A DNA stretch of 64,000 bases, taken from Rhizaria sp. SCN 62-66. Its lineage: Eukaryota. Below the pieces are notes generated by a model that ran no database searches, was not told the origin of the DNA, and worked only from the letters and a program-made list of their open reading frames with translations. The DNA is taken from assembly GCA_001724265.1 (NCBI GenBank), contig MEDY01000660.1, forward strand, positions 62,001 to 126,000. The letters run 5' to 3'. A program made the position numbers and the translations under genes. This document shows, piece after piece, positions 35,116 to 47,963 of this stretch; position 1 is the stretch's first letter, and the number at the start of each line of letters is the position of its first letter.

Positions 35116-37549
35116 ATGCCCCAGACGAAGCGTCCGGCGTCTCCGTCGCCCGCTGCGTCCTCTGCGCTGCACGACGACCTGCTGTCGTGCACCGTGGACG
35201 CGGAGAACCCCCTGCACGTGGAGGTCGCGTCCGAGGGTCACTTCATCGGCGTCCAACCACGCGGTAACCTCCTCCTCTCCGACTCCGGTCGCAACGACCG
35301 CAACACGGGCCTGGGCGCGCTGGCCGCGCTGTCGGACCAGACACTTCTCGAGACTCTGTTGCCGTTTCTCTGCGGCCGCTCGCTCGCGTGCTTGGCTGGC
35401 ACCAACAAGGCCTTCTACGGCTTCATCTACGCCGCCGACACGGAGCTGTGGCGCCCGCTGGTCATGGACATGTGCGGCGGGTACTTTGCCTTCCAGTGGT
35501 GGTGGCGCGTGACGTTCGCGGAGGAGTACAAATGGCGTCGCGCATGGCAGGACAAGCAGGACGGCACCGAGCCTGGGTCAGGTACGTTGTATATACGCAC
35601 ACATGACGATTGCTCTCGTTTCAACGTAATTTCACTGTGCATTGCACTTTTTTTGTTTCTATTTTGCATAATGATGATCTCAGTCACACACTCTCATTTT
35701 TTATTCTGTCTTTTATAACGTTTTTTTGTGCACCTTAAACTGCTGTATCGACCTTGTAACAGGCCGCCCGCGTCTGCCTCTGCGTCCCGCGGCCCGCCAC
35801 GCGCCGTCGCGCAACCCCGCGACGAGCGCGCAGTCCATGTCCGCCATTGACAGCCATGGCGTGAGCTCTACGGCTAACACTAGCGACAGCTGCAATGCCG
35901 CCAGTGCTGTCGCCATGGTGTCTGCGGCCGCCCCCGCCGCTCCTGCGTCGACGCTGTCTGACGTGTACTACCCGCCCCCGCCGGCGGACTGGCCGTTCGC
36001 GGCCCTCGCGGCGCTGTACCCGACGCGCCCGGCGCCGCCCGTGGTGCTGACCGACTTCTACTCGGACACGTTGTTCCAGCCCTGGTACTGCGCCAGCGCC
36101 ATCATGGCCAACCGCGAGATGTGGGAACACTCTGAGCACAACGCAGAGCGCGTCGACGCGCGCACGCTCACCGTGGAGGAGTTTCGGGAACGCTACGAGC
36201 GGACTAGCAAGCCCGTGGTGATCGAGAACGCTGTCCAGCAGTGGCCGCTTTGGAAGGAAAACAGGTACGACTCGATAATAGTCGCAAATTCAGTAACTCA
36301 GTTCAACTGTTTAATTTCTCTCACATATTCCTAAATTACTGATGTTACTGTGCGCTTATCTGATATAAAACCTAATTTTTGCATATTTTTATCTTGTCCT
36401 CGCATTTGCTCGTCGTCTCGCTACAGGTGGGCCATGGACGCGTTACTCGCAAACTCCACCCTGGAGCCCATGGCGTTCGCGTGTGGCCTCGTGGACATCC
36501 CGCTTAAGGCCTACAACCTCTACGCCTCACGCGTGCTCCACGACGAGTCCCCGCTCTATCTCTTCGACCGCCGCTTCGGCGAGCGCGCGCCCTCGCTGCT
36601 CGACGACTACACTGTGCCCAAGTACTTTGCCGAGGACTTCTACCAGCTCCCACAGAAGCAGCAGGAACAGGCGCAGGAACAGGCGCAGGAGCAGAAAGCG
36701 CAGACTGGTGACGCCACTTCTGCTGCGCCGTACGTGCGGCCATCGTACCGCTGGTGGCTGGTTGGGCCGGCACGTTCGGGCTCGTCGTTCCACAAGGACC
36801 CGCTGTACACCAACGCCTGGAACGGGCTCGCGTACGGCAAGAAGAAGTGGATTTTGTACCCGCCGCACTTGATTCCGCCCGGAATCAAGGCCTCGAGCGA
36901 CCACTTGCAGGTTGCAGCGCCCATCTCGGTTGCCGAGTGGTATCTCAACTTCTACCACGAGACGCGCGTGAGCGCCAAGAGCTGGAAGAACAAACCGGAC
37001 TCAATCAACTGCGACGCGAGCGTTAATGGTGGCAGCGATGCGGCGAGCGACGTGGTTAAGTACGACCACATCCGCGACTTCCCGCGCCGGTGCGGCAGCA
37101 GCAGCGAGTACCGCCCCGTGGAGATCGTGCAGCGCGCGGGGGACCTCGTTTTTATTCCGTCGCAGTGGTGGCACACGGCGCTCAACTTCGAGTTCTCCGT
37201 CGCAGTCACGCAAAACTACCTCCACGAGTCCAACTACTTGGACGGCGTCAAGTTCCTCGGAAAGATCCAGCAGCCCGCGCTGCGCGACGCCGTGGCGGCC
37301 GCCGTCGAGGCCACGCACCCGGGGCTTGCCGCGCGCCTCGACGCCGAGCGCGCGGCCCAGCGCACTAAGGCCGCTGAGGCCGAGCTGAAGCGGGCCGGCG
37401 CGCGCACAGTGAGTACCCACGTGTCCGCGGAGATGCTGCAGGCGTTCAAGCGCAGCAAGCCCAGTGGGGCGATTGCGGGCGCTGGTGAGGGCGCGGCTGC
37501 GGCGACGCCGGCAAAGTTCTCGTTTGGCTTTGCAGCGCCGCCGCAGTGA
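35116..37549 (+). CDS. F-box + JmjC domain protein (JMJD6-like Fe(II)/2-oxoglutarate oxygenase); exons 35116..35581, 35763..36264, 36427..37549
   Basis: GVQPRGN...GLGALAALSDQTLL...LWR F-box-like N-terminus. JmjC motifs PLYLFD, YRWWLVGPARSGSSFHKDP (H-x-D), KKWILYPP, FIPSQWWH, VAVTQNY. GTACG..CAG introns. TGA stop. Confidence 0.88.
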
Positions 37550-38373
37550 ATAAATCGTGTTGAATGTGGAAAACGACTGTGTACAGCTTTATGCAGTCAC
37601 GGAATGAACACATTCGCGAGTAAAGCGCTGCTCTTTGTTAATTATTGTGGAATGCAACGATTATATTATTAAACTCTTTGTCAGAGAGAACTATGCTCAT
37701 ATCAGGGCCAACTGTGCGTGCGTAATGGACGATGCCTGGATTGAATACAAACTAATCGCCTTCGCTGACGAACTCAGCAAAATTGTTGAGAGACAAACAT
37801 TTGATGTATTCTCATTGTTATTGAACTAATTGTAATTCGTGTAACGCTGAAACAACAGATTTTACAACGATTTGATTATAATATAAGCTGAATATATGAA
37901 GCTAACCGATGACTTTCTTTGTCTCTGTGTGTTCCCAGTGTGCGCGTCGCGTGTTTCGTGGTATTGATACTGGTGCGTTGCAGTGTTGGATCTATTGCTT
38001 AATTGCATGCTTCGTTGTCGTGCCACTCTAGCGCAAGGTGGGCGAAAGCAGGACAAAATAGCAAACAAGCGAACAAGCGAATCAAAACTAACAAACGCGG
38101 AAACCTAAAAAGACTGAGACAGACGAGACAAGACGATAACAAGTTCAAATACAAGCAACGAGTGTGTGAAAGCAAGCAGAAACAGAAGTAGACAACTAAA
38201 GCATATGCTGCCGCAGTATGCAGCTGTATCAACAAGATCTAATCGACTTCTTCACAAACGGAGTGGCGTCAAAGAGAAAGCTAGTGACGGAAGGATGAAA
38301 CAAAAAACTAAAACAAAAAACTATGAACACAAAACACGCGCATACAACGCACAATCAAAGACAAAACGCACAC

Positions 38374-38375
<2 letters not shown>

Positions 38376-38423
<48 letters not shown>
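38376..38423. repeat. Poly(A) tract, ~48 nt (poly-U in the probable 3' UTR of the minus-strand receptor gene)
   Basis: Directly visible homopolymer. Confidence 0.9.
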
Positions 38424-38424
<1 letters not shown>

Positions 38425-38822
38425 ACGCGAGCGCTACCCCCAACTCTAACTCAAACACAAAAAGGGACAAGCACTCGCACGAGCCTTGCATTAGAGCATG
38501 TGTCACACTCTTGAGTCTGAGCACGAGCGTACACATCGTCACACGCAGAACCATGAGATACTGCGCACAAATCGCGAAGTACTGCATCAAATCATACGTA
38601 ACGATGTGTTAATACTTATGATAACAACACTCTCGTAATTCTTATATGGCTAGGAGCAGGCCGCTGACGTTCGCAACTATAATAAGTAACTTGAACCGGT
38701 GCAACCACAGAAACACAAACAGAAATACAAACAGGAACACAGAACAGTCACACAAGACGGCACAAACAGGAATAGAACAAACTGAAGATGATATCCGACA
38801 TCGGAGTAACCGGCAATAACAT

Positions 38823-38864
38823 GGCTCGGACGTAGCTCCCATAGGCTTGGACGTAGCTCCCATA
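38823..38864. repeat. 21-nt tandem duplication (GGCTYGGACGTAGCTCCCATA x2)
   Basis: Two adjacent copies with one mismatch, ~90 nt downstream of the receptor stop codon. Confidence 0.85.
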
Positions 38865-38954
38865 GTTCCCTCGGTTCACATTGCTACTTCGTTCAGATCC
38901 TTTTATCACTCCTGAGTCAGACACCATAGTTGTCCCGAATCACGTAGCATCCTC

Positions 38955-41900
38955 TCAGAGATTGGTGTTGTCCCTGCGCATGCCGATCGTCTGGCCGGCC
39001 GGCTTGGACAGCAGACGCCGCTGGTTGTTGGTTGACCCGCGGCCCACGCCGTTCTGCGCGTACGGATTCACCACGGCGCCAGCGCCCCCCGCGCCGCCCG
39101 CTCCTTCTCCAGCGCCAGCGCCGGCGCCGCCCGAGGCCGCAGCGGCGGCCTGCACGGCAGCGCGGCGCTCGGCCTCGATCTCCTGCTGGCGCGCGTGCTC
39201 GGCGCGCGCGGCCGCCGAGGCGCGCTTGTCCTGGTCGTACTTGCTCACCATGGCCTCGTAGCCCATGGGCTGGGACTTGTAGATGCTGTCATTGTTGCTG
39301 TTGCTGCCATTGGCATTGTTGTTGGTGTTCATGTTGCTGTGGGACATGTCGCGTTCGCCGCTGGCGTTGCCGTAGGTGCTGCTGCTGTTGTACAGCGAGT
39401 TGCCGAGCTGGTCCGTGCTCTGGTGCATGGCGGCCATCTCGACGTCACCCGCCGTGCCACCGCCGCCGCCGTACATGCCCGCAGCGGCCGCGTCGTCGCC
39501 GCCGGAGCCGACGTAGGAGCCCTGCGAGGCCGCGTTCATCTGGCTGCCGGGCTGCGAGCCGTAGCGCGCGTTGGAGCGGCCGAACATGCCGCCCGCGCCG
39601 CTGGAGCTGCCCTGCAGCCCGCCCTGGCCGCCCGCGGTGGCCGCGGCAGGGTTAGCCGCGGAGGCGGCGGGCGCGGCGCCGCGGGGGCCGCCCGCGGTGG
39701 GCAGCGGCGGGCGTGGCGGCACGGGGAGCGAGTTGGAGGTGAGTTCCTGCTCCAGCTTGCGGATGTGGCCGAGGAAAGCCATGATCTCGGCAGGGGCGAG
39801 CGAGTTGACGGAGGTGCCGCCGGTGACGGTGACCTCTGAGGGCATGTCGCTGGCCTGCTTGAGGCGGAAGAAGCGCGGGATATAGACCACGAGCACGGTA
39901 AAGATGACGACGTAGATCACGGCGACGGCCTGGACAATCTTGACGCCCGTCGGGATGCGCTCATTGAGGCTGAAGATGATGGCGAGCGCGATGATGGCGA
40001 CGAACGTGCAGTTATAGACGGCGAGGCCGATGTACGAGGACTCGTTGAAGTTGGACTCGACGCCACGGGTGCGGACGACGAGGTAGATGCCCCAGACCAG
40101 GAGCGCGGCGTTGAAGACGATGAGCACGATCAGGAACGTGGTGTCGTCGGACTGGCACTTGAGCTGGGCCTCGAACACGTCAGTCAGCATCAGCGCGCGG
40201 CGGTACTGGGGGTCCATAGCCTAGACAAAGTGTTGTAAGCGGAATATATGACACAGTGAATGAAAACTTAGAAAATGGATTCAAAGAAAAATACTCGTAA
40301 ATTGGTAAGTGTGCATACGTACTTGGAAGACGATCATGATAGCGAGGTTGACCAGCGCGATGAGGCCGAGCCTCTTCAGCAGGTTGAAGTCGGAGAAGGC
40401 GCCCTTGGACAGCGCGTGGAGCGTCTGTGAGTTAAAGATGGCGTGGATGCGGTACGTGCGGATAAAGAGCGAGCCGAACATGAGGACGTAGCCGAAGACC
40501 ATGAGCCACATCGGCGCCATGCACGGCACGGCGTCTTCGGGGATGACCGTGAGCAAGGCGGCCAGCGAGCAGCACACGCCGCCGAGACAGATGAGGTAGC
40601 CAAAGTTGGGCGACGTCGCGCGCACGGCACGCTCATTGCGCTTGATAAAGATCATGATGCCGATGGTGATGCACACAAGCAGCGCGATAGCCGACAGCAC
40701 GTAGATGGCGATGCGGCCGCCCTCGGACAGCTCCCAGATCTGGAGCGCCTCGCCGCAGCCGGCGCCGCGGAGCACCTCGAGCCCCTTGAATGGGCCCTCG
40801 GTCGGCACGGCGCACGTGCACAGGCGCAGGAAGCAGGTGCCGAGGCCGGAGCACGAGTTGCACTGCGTGATGTTGGGACTGAGGTGGAACAAGTCGGCGA
40901 AGTTGGTGGGCGGCGAGAGGCAGATGTCGAGGTGGGTGTTGCACAGCGCGGCCTCTGACGCAGTCAGGTTCGACAGCACAACGCGGCAAGACTGCGCAGC
41001 CATCGTCTCAAGCGGGACCTCGTTTTGGAGGCAGCTGGCCATCTCCTCCTCGGACGCACCTGCCAACGGCGAGTTCTGTCGGATGTGGTCGATGAGCAGG
41101 TCCGTGTCGACCGAGGTCGCGACGTTGCTCAGCGCGGCTTCGAACATGGTGTAGCCGTTGCCGCCCTGGTACAGGAACTGGTTAGTGGCGACAGTGTAGA
41201 TAGCCGTGCTGTCGAGCGGGCCCACCACACCCGTGGTGGGGTGCGCGATGCGCGTGTCGACGAGCTGCTGGCCGATGTCCAGGTTCGTGTTGCGCGAGCG
41301 CGCGTAGACGATGTTGGTCTGGCCGAAGCCACCGTCGTTGGGCAGCCCGATAGACGTCTGCAGGACCGCAATGAGCTGCTCGCCGGTCATGCGCAGCACG
41401 AAGACGGTGTTGCGGAACGAAAGAACGGACATGACGTTGGCCATGGTGATCTCGCCGGCGGGCAGCGGCGCGCGGAGCGAGCCGGAGTTGATAAAAGCGA
41501 CGTTGCAGAGCGTGTTGTACAGCGACAGGCACGCGCGGCGGTACGCGTCGACGACGACGCGGCCCAGCGCGCAGTCGAAGTTTCGGCAGCCAATAGTTGT
41601 CAAAGACGGGTAGTCTGGCAAGGACGCGTTGCCGCGGGCGTCAGAGTGCTCCAGCAGCGCGCTGCCGATGACGGACTTGTACTGTTCCTCGATGACGCTC
41701 GTCGCGTTCAGCATCATATTCCAGGTCGCGGAGACAGAGGACATGTCGTCCGACGCGGACAGCGTGGTGATGATGTTTTGCGACGGGTTCGAGGCGTTGA
41801 TGGCGATCGACGCCGTTTTGGCCACAGTGTCCCAGTCGAGTCTAAATGAGCCGATGGTCTCGCCGTTGCTGTCGATCGTTGCCATGTACACCGTCTTGTC

Positions 41901-42740
41901 ATACAGAGAAGTGACTCTCGTGACACCAAAGGCTTCACCGTCGCCGTGGAAAAATAGGTTGATGCCGTCGACCTCCTGGGCAATGCGCCTCGCGTCACTA
42001 GGCGGCAAATCGGACACGACTACGACAACGTCTGCGTTGGGGTGCGCAGCGCGGGCGCGGAAGACGTTAATACGGATGCGGAAATCGTCCGACAAACCTG
42101 TTTCAACCGTGGGTGCAATACCCTTGGTGGAGGGGAACGTGAAGGCGTTGGCAGGGACAAGGCCGACAAAAACAACCTCGACGCCTGCAATCGTGCGCAC
42201 CACCCACGGCGTGACGAGCCCGTCGGGGTAAGCCGCGCTGAGGGGGACGCGCCGCTCGGACAGCTTGATATCATTCTGGTAGTCGATGTTGGATGACAGA
42301 ATATCCGTGGTGCTGTTGATCAAAGTGAGGAATGCCGCGAGGTCGCTTGTGCCGGCAAACATGTCGGCGTAGCCAAGAGAGATGATGTCGTAACGGGCGT
42401 TGTTGATGCACTTGGCCATGGTGGCGTAGGACTGGAGCGACCCCCACCACGAGGAGCCTGTATCCAGCACCACCGAGTTGGCGGTCGAGTGCGTCTCACG
42501 GAACTCCTCGATGAACATCTGGCGCTGCGCGCAACCACCGTGGCAGAGGTTACTGGATGCGGGACTGATGGAGGCGTCCGCGATAGAGCAAGCGGCGCCC
42601 GACGCGCGGGGCATGACGCCACCGCGGATGGAGCCGGTGTAGGCGAACCAGAGCTGTTTGATATCGGCGACGGCGACGGAACTGAGCTGCGACAACGCGA
42701 GAAGCGCCATCAGCAGCACTGAAAGCCGCACAAAACCCAT
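38955..42740 (-). CDS. Class C (GABA-B-like, 7tm_3) GPCR with degenerate 5'-nucleotidase ectodomain and EGF-like linker, ~1,227 aa; exons 42740..40323, 40220..38955
   Basis: Signal peptide MGFVRLSVLLMALLALSQLSSVAVA. 5'-nucleotidase-like motifs CHGG, VLDTG, LSSNI, NSGSLR, LSFRNT, TNQFLYQGGNGYTMF. CSGLGTC..CTC..GAGC linker. 7TM motifs VRATSPNFGYLICLG, LMFGSLFIRTYRIHAIF, FNESSYIGLAVYN. One 102-nt GTACGT..TAG intron. TGA stop. Confidence 0.85.
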
Positions 42741-43558
42741 CGTTGCAAAAGGGATTGATACGGTGCGGCACCGAAAAGAAAGTTCTGTTCGCGTGACGAG
42801 TGGTGCCGAGGCGCGAGTGCGAGCCCGAGTGCGGTAAGAGGAAGAAGAAAGGGGCTGCGTACACGCGCGCGAATGACGTAAAAAAGGATAAAAATTCGGA
42901 AGAAGTGAGAATATAATGAGAGAGGCAATACCAAAAAGCAACATAAAGTAAGCGCAAAGCTAGAGACGCGTCCTGGGCGCCGCATGAAGCCATGAGGTGC
43001 GCCCATGCTAACGACGCCCCAAACCGCGAAATTTTGCCGGCGCATACCACAGCTTAGACCCTCATGGTGCTAACATAAAAGAAGAACAAGATGATTGATG
43101 CAGCGCTGTATCCGGGCAGCAAATAAATATCAACTTGACGACAAAGAGGGCCTCCAAACACGCTGTAAAGCACGCTACATACTCCGTTCAAACTCCGACA
43201 GCTAGTCTCCTTTGAGTCTGAGCGGCGGGCTCGAGAGAGCGCGAGACAAAGAATTGGGGACACATAAGAGGCGTTTCAGGAGGCTATTTCACATGATATG
43301 CAAGTGCAAGAGAATAGAGAACATATATGGTTATGTATAAAATGTCTGGTGTATGCGTGCGTGTCTAAAAAACACATCAACATCAACTTTTACAACAGCA
43401 AGCAAGCAGCGACTCTTACCAGCCTGTCACTGAGCCACCCGCCGAGGGGATTTGACACCACTGCAGCGTTTACCGGTTAAGGTAGTGACGACTGTGACTT
43501 GATAGGCGAGAGCTGAGAGGGCTCCTGCCATACTGGGGTTCCGGTTGGGCTGATTTGC

Positions 43559-44262
43559 TTACTCGACGGTGGTGGAGCCAGAGGCGATGTGCTTCTCGAT
43601 GACAGCACGGGCCTCGGAGTCAACGCCCCACTCGCGGATGACGGCGCAGGAGCAGCCGATGAGCTTGGCGGGGGTGCCGTCGGGCTTCAGGCGGGCAAGG
43701 CCGCACCACTCGCCGAGGACCTTGCCGTCAGCGACAGTGATGCAGGGGATCTTGTGCTCCTTGCAGAGGGCGGTGATGAGGGCCTTGTAGGCGTTCTCAT
43801 TGCACGCGGTGGAGAGGATGGCGACGTGAGCAGTGCCGCGGTCAAGAGCCTTGACGGACTCCTGGAGACCACGGGCAAGACCCTCGTTGAAAAGGGAGTT
43901 GCGGATGACCTGCTTAAGGGCCTCCTTGGGGGTCATGGCAACGACGGGGGCGACCTCGACGGCGACGGTGGTGGACTCGCTAAGCCAGAGTAAAGACGGG
44001 GGGAAAAGCGGCACAAACGAGCAAAGAGACACAAGTGAGCAATGTGGACGGGAAGAACAAGCAGTAAAAAGCCATGACAAGAGCGAGAATGATTCAAAAT
44101 ACGCGAAAGAGAAGCTACGCAAAAGCAAATATGAATGGCAATCGGGACAGAGCTCGGGGCGGTAGCGAAATAGGACAGGTCATTGCAGCGCGACACAACG
44201 GGCAAAAGGTATGAAGGAGATGAAAGAAAAATAGAATGGTAGTTGACGTACACCTCAGACAT
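43559..44262 (-). CDS. RPS12: 40S ribosomal protein S12 (eS12), 143 aa; exons 44262..44252, 43979..43559
   Basis: ALKQV...GLARGLQESVKALD...YKALITALCKEHKIP...LGEWCGL...GCSCAVIREWG. Phase-2 GTACGT..TAG intron. TAA stop. Confidence 0.95.
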
Positions 44263-44744
44263 ATTTGATAGTGACTTCCTCGCGGTTTAAACGCTCAGTT
44301 ACTGCAACTTTCTCCGGCTCACGATGCGCCCCTCGAGACGGCCGCCAGGCTCGGTTGGCAGACTGGGACCAGTCCGCAGACCGGCGACAGACTGTCCCGA
44401 AAGTCAAGCCGCCGCTCTAATTAAAGGGCGACCGCAAATTTGTCCGGGTCCTAATTTAGGACAGACAGAGCGGCCCCCTATCCCTCGGTCGAATCTGAGT
44501 CATCATGCGGCGACGCACCCATTTCGTGTTGATCGCATTAGGGATTGCGCTACAGCTGATTCTAGAGTACGTCTTATATCCAGACATTGCATAGTCGATA
44601 TGCTATACTATTTTTCTTTGCTGCACTCGCTCGGGGAGGCAGTGATATCCTCTGATTTAAGGGGAGAAACGCCCAGCCTCACCCATGCGAATCGATCCAA
44701 AGTGGGCCTCCTTTGTGTGTGCTCTCCCCATTGAGTGCTTTGTG

Positions 44745-46428
44745 ATGCAACGTTATGCCAATGGTTCGTCTTGTAGTACACTACCTATCACTTGTGCTCA
44801 CGCCCGCATTCTCTTGTGCTTCCGCTTTGTGTGCCACAGTGCGTGTTCTTCACCTGATCAAGCCGGTGGTGGGCATCCTCCCCGAGGTTGAGTCCCCCAC
44901 CCACCGCCCCACCTTCAAGGAGCAGGCGTTCTGGACTATCTTCACTCTCTTCATCTTCCTCGTCTGCTGCCAGATCCCCCTCTACGGCATCAAGAACACC
45001 AACTCTTCCGACCCTTTCTACTGGATTCGTATCATTCTCGCTTCGAACCGCGGCACCCTGATGGAGCTCGGTATCTCGCCTGTCGTCACTTCCGGCCTCG
45101 TCATGCAACTCCTTGCAGGCTCAAAGATCATCCACGTTGATCAGAGCGTCAAGGAAGACCGCATGCTGTTCCAATCGGCGCAGAAGCTTCTCGGTATTGT
45201 CATCACTGTCGGTCAGGCTGTCGCCTACGTGCTCTCTGGCATGTACGGTGATGTCCGCGAGATCGGTGCCACCAACTCCATCCTCATCATCGTTCAGCTC
45301 TTCTTTGCCGGTATCGTCGTCATCATCCTCGACGAGCTGATGCAGAAGGGCTACGGTCTTGGCTCCGGTATCTCCCTCTTCATCGCCACCAACATCTGCG
45401 AGACGATTGTCTGGAAGGCCTTCTCTCCTGTCACAGTCAACTCTGGCCGTGGCACTGAGTTCGAGGGCGCTGTTATCGCCTTCTTCCACCTCCTCCTGAC
45501 TCGTCCCAACAAGTTCCGTGCGCTCTATGAGGCTTTCTTCCGCTCTAATCTCCCTAACCTCTCGGCCCTCATTGCCACCGTCCTCATCTTCCTCGTGGCC
45601 ATCTACTTCCAGGTACGAACTCAAAGGACCCCATACTCGTTCCTGTTCAAAAATATCACTTTTTATTGTCATACTGTTTACTTTCATGCGTTTATTCATT
45701 TTGGTTTCATACTATCATCTCACAACATCAATTTTTTTGCTTTCTCGTAACTCGTGACCTGAAACGCACTATGTTCTCCATTTCGTTGTTCGATTCCCTA
45801 GGGCTTCCGCGTTGACCTCCCTATCCAGATGGCCAACATGCGTGGCCAGACCTCGACGTTCCCCATCAAGCTGTTCTACACCTCGAACATCCCCATCATC
45901 CTCCAGACTGCCCTCGTGTCCAACCTCTACTTCTTCTCCCAGCTCCTCTACAAGCGCTACTCCAACAACCTCCTCGTCCAGCTTCTCGGCGTGTGGGAGG
46001 ACGTCGAGGGCGGCGTCACCATCCCCAAGGGCGGCCTCGCGTACTACGTCTCGCCCCCCACCTCGCTCATCAACGTGCTCTACGATCCCATCCACGCCGT
46101 CATCTACATCGTCTTCATCCTCGGCTCCTGCGCGCTCTTCGCCAAGACCTGGATCGAGGTCTCCGGCTCCTCCCCGCGCGACGTCGCCAAGCAGCTCCGC
46201 GACCAGGACAAGACCATCCGCGGCTTCCGTCCCTCCGCCACGTACAAGATCCTCGAGCACTACATCCCCACGGCGGCCGCTTTCGGTGGCATGTGCGTTG
46301 GCGCGCTCACCATCATCGCCGACTTCATGGGCGCCATCGGCTCCGGCACCGGTATCCTGCTCGCTGTCACCATCATCTACCAGTACATCGAGATCTTCGT
46401 CAAGCAGCAGCAGGAGACCGCGTTCTAA
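44745..46428 (+). CDS. SEC61A: Protein transport protein Sec61 subunit alpha; exons 44745..44763 (tentative), 44840..45612, 45802..46428
   Basis: [85 protein letters not shown]. The first exon is inferred from a GTTCGT donor and phase. TAA stop. Confidence 0.95.
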
Positions 46429-47300
46429 AGGCCGCGTCAGCGGACTCTCGAGCGCGACTCTTGTGAGTCGACGAAGCACTCTCTAAGTACCTCCCTTAGA
46501 GTAGACGGAGAGCGTGACCCGCTCAGCCTCGCCTTCACTCTTTGAGAGAGTGAAGAGAATGAGCGGGCTCTGCGAAGCCATCCTCTCCGCGACTGGCAGA
46601 CAATGATGATCCCTTTGTTTGTTTTAAGAAAAATAAATTTTAAGCCTATTTTGTCCATGTCCATCTCTACTTGTATGATGCATCGCTAACGCTTGTGAAT
46701 AACTTGAATTTCTAAAAACTGTTATATATGGATCAAAAGGTGTGCGGTATCCCCTTACAAAGTGCTCATAACAGCGGCCGCTTCAAAGCAGAGAAGCTCG
46801 ATATGGGTTTGCAGCCAGAAGTGCGGTAGGTACAAAACGGTGGGTTTGTTTGAAACGGGCTGTGCGGTGCATGTGGACGTGCAGGCAACGCCAGATTTCA
46901 CCTAAAGATGAAATACTATTTTTATATTTTTGTTACACTTGTGTCTTTTGAATAAAAGGCGGTAATCACTCGCGATGTGTGCATTTTCTTCCTCTTAACT
47001 CGACCCTCCACACTCACGTTGTTTTCCCTGCTTGCTCCTTCTGCCTCGCTCTTCCACAGCCTAGGCCGTCTGTTTTCTCTTGCATACGTCTTTTGTGCAT
47101 ATTTTCCTACGCAGCGAGCAGCCTCCGCCCCCGTCGCCGGCCCGCTCCGCCGCCGCGCCGCCCCGCAACCGTTCTTGCCAGTCGCGGCCAGTCCCATTCT
47201 CAAGAACCCCGATCACTCTTTCACTCTCTTTCCCCATCTGTGCGCACGCGGGTCTCTTTCCCTCGCCACCTGACTCCATCACCGCGTTGCCCCAGTCGAG

Positions 47301-47932
47301 ATGAACCCTAACGACTCGACGGACCTCATCGACGACGACATGCTGCAGGCCGCGGCCACCGCGGGCCACACAGCGGCCGCCAAAGACCACCACCACCATA
47401 ACAACAGTAACGGTGCGTACAGCCACAGCGGCAGCTACCCGACCCGCAACGACCGTAACAGTTTGGCCAACAGCGCCATTCTTGCCGCCGCGGGCGCCAG
47501 CTTCAACGCCGCCGCCGCCGCCGCCGCCGCCGCAGGCTCGTCATCGGCGTCGTCGTCATCAGCGTCCTACGCCGGCGAGCCCCCTGTCGACGAAGACAAC
47601 ATGATGCGTCTGCAGATGCGCCGCAACTCGATCACCTCGCGCCTCCAGGACCAGTATCTTTCCTCAGGCTCCGGCTCCAGTCGCGTCGCCAACAACAACA
47701 ACAACAACAACACCACCACCACCACCTCGCCCCCGCTCGTCTCCCGGCTTGCGCACCAGAGCTCTCAGCAACTGCAACAGCAACAGCAGCTCGGTGGCGG
47801 CGGCGGACAGCAGCAGGCCGCCGCCGCGCTGGCGGCGCTGCACCGCGGCACGTCCATGGCCAGCCTCGGCGGCAGCGCCAACATCAACACCGCCGGCTCT
47901 GGGCAGTTCAACGCTGCTGCTGCAGGTATTAC

Positions 47933-47963
<31 letters not shown>

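Noticed and set aside
38166-38612. Poly-Lys and poly-Phe ORFs, and the A-runs as retroelement tails
   Set aside because: The ORFs are translations of a homopolymer in UTR-like DNA. No target-site duplication, RT or SINE-like body is visible.
43980-44251. Intronic snoRNA in RPS12
   Set aside because: No convincing C/D or H/ACA box arrangement seen by eye.
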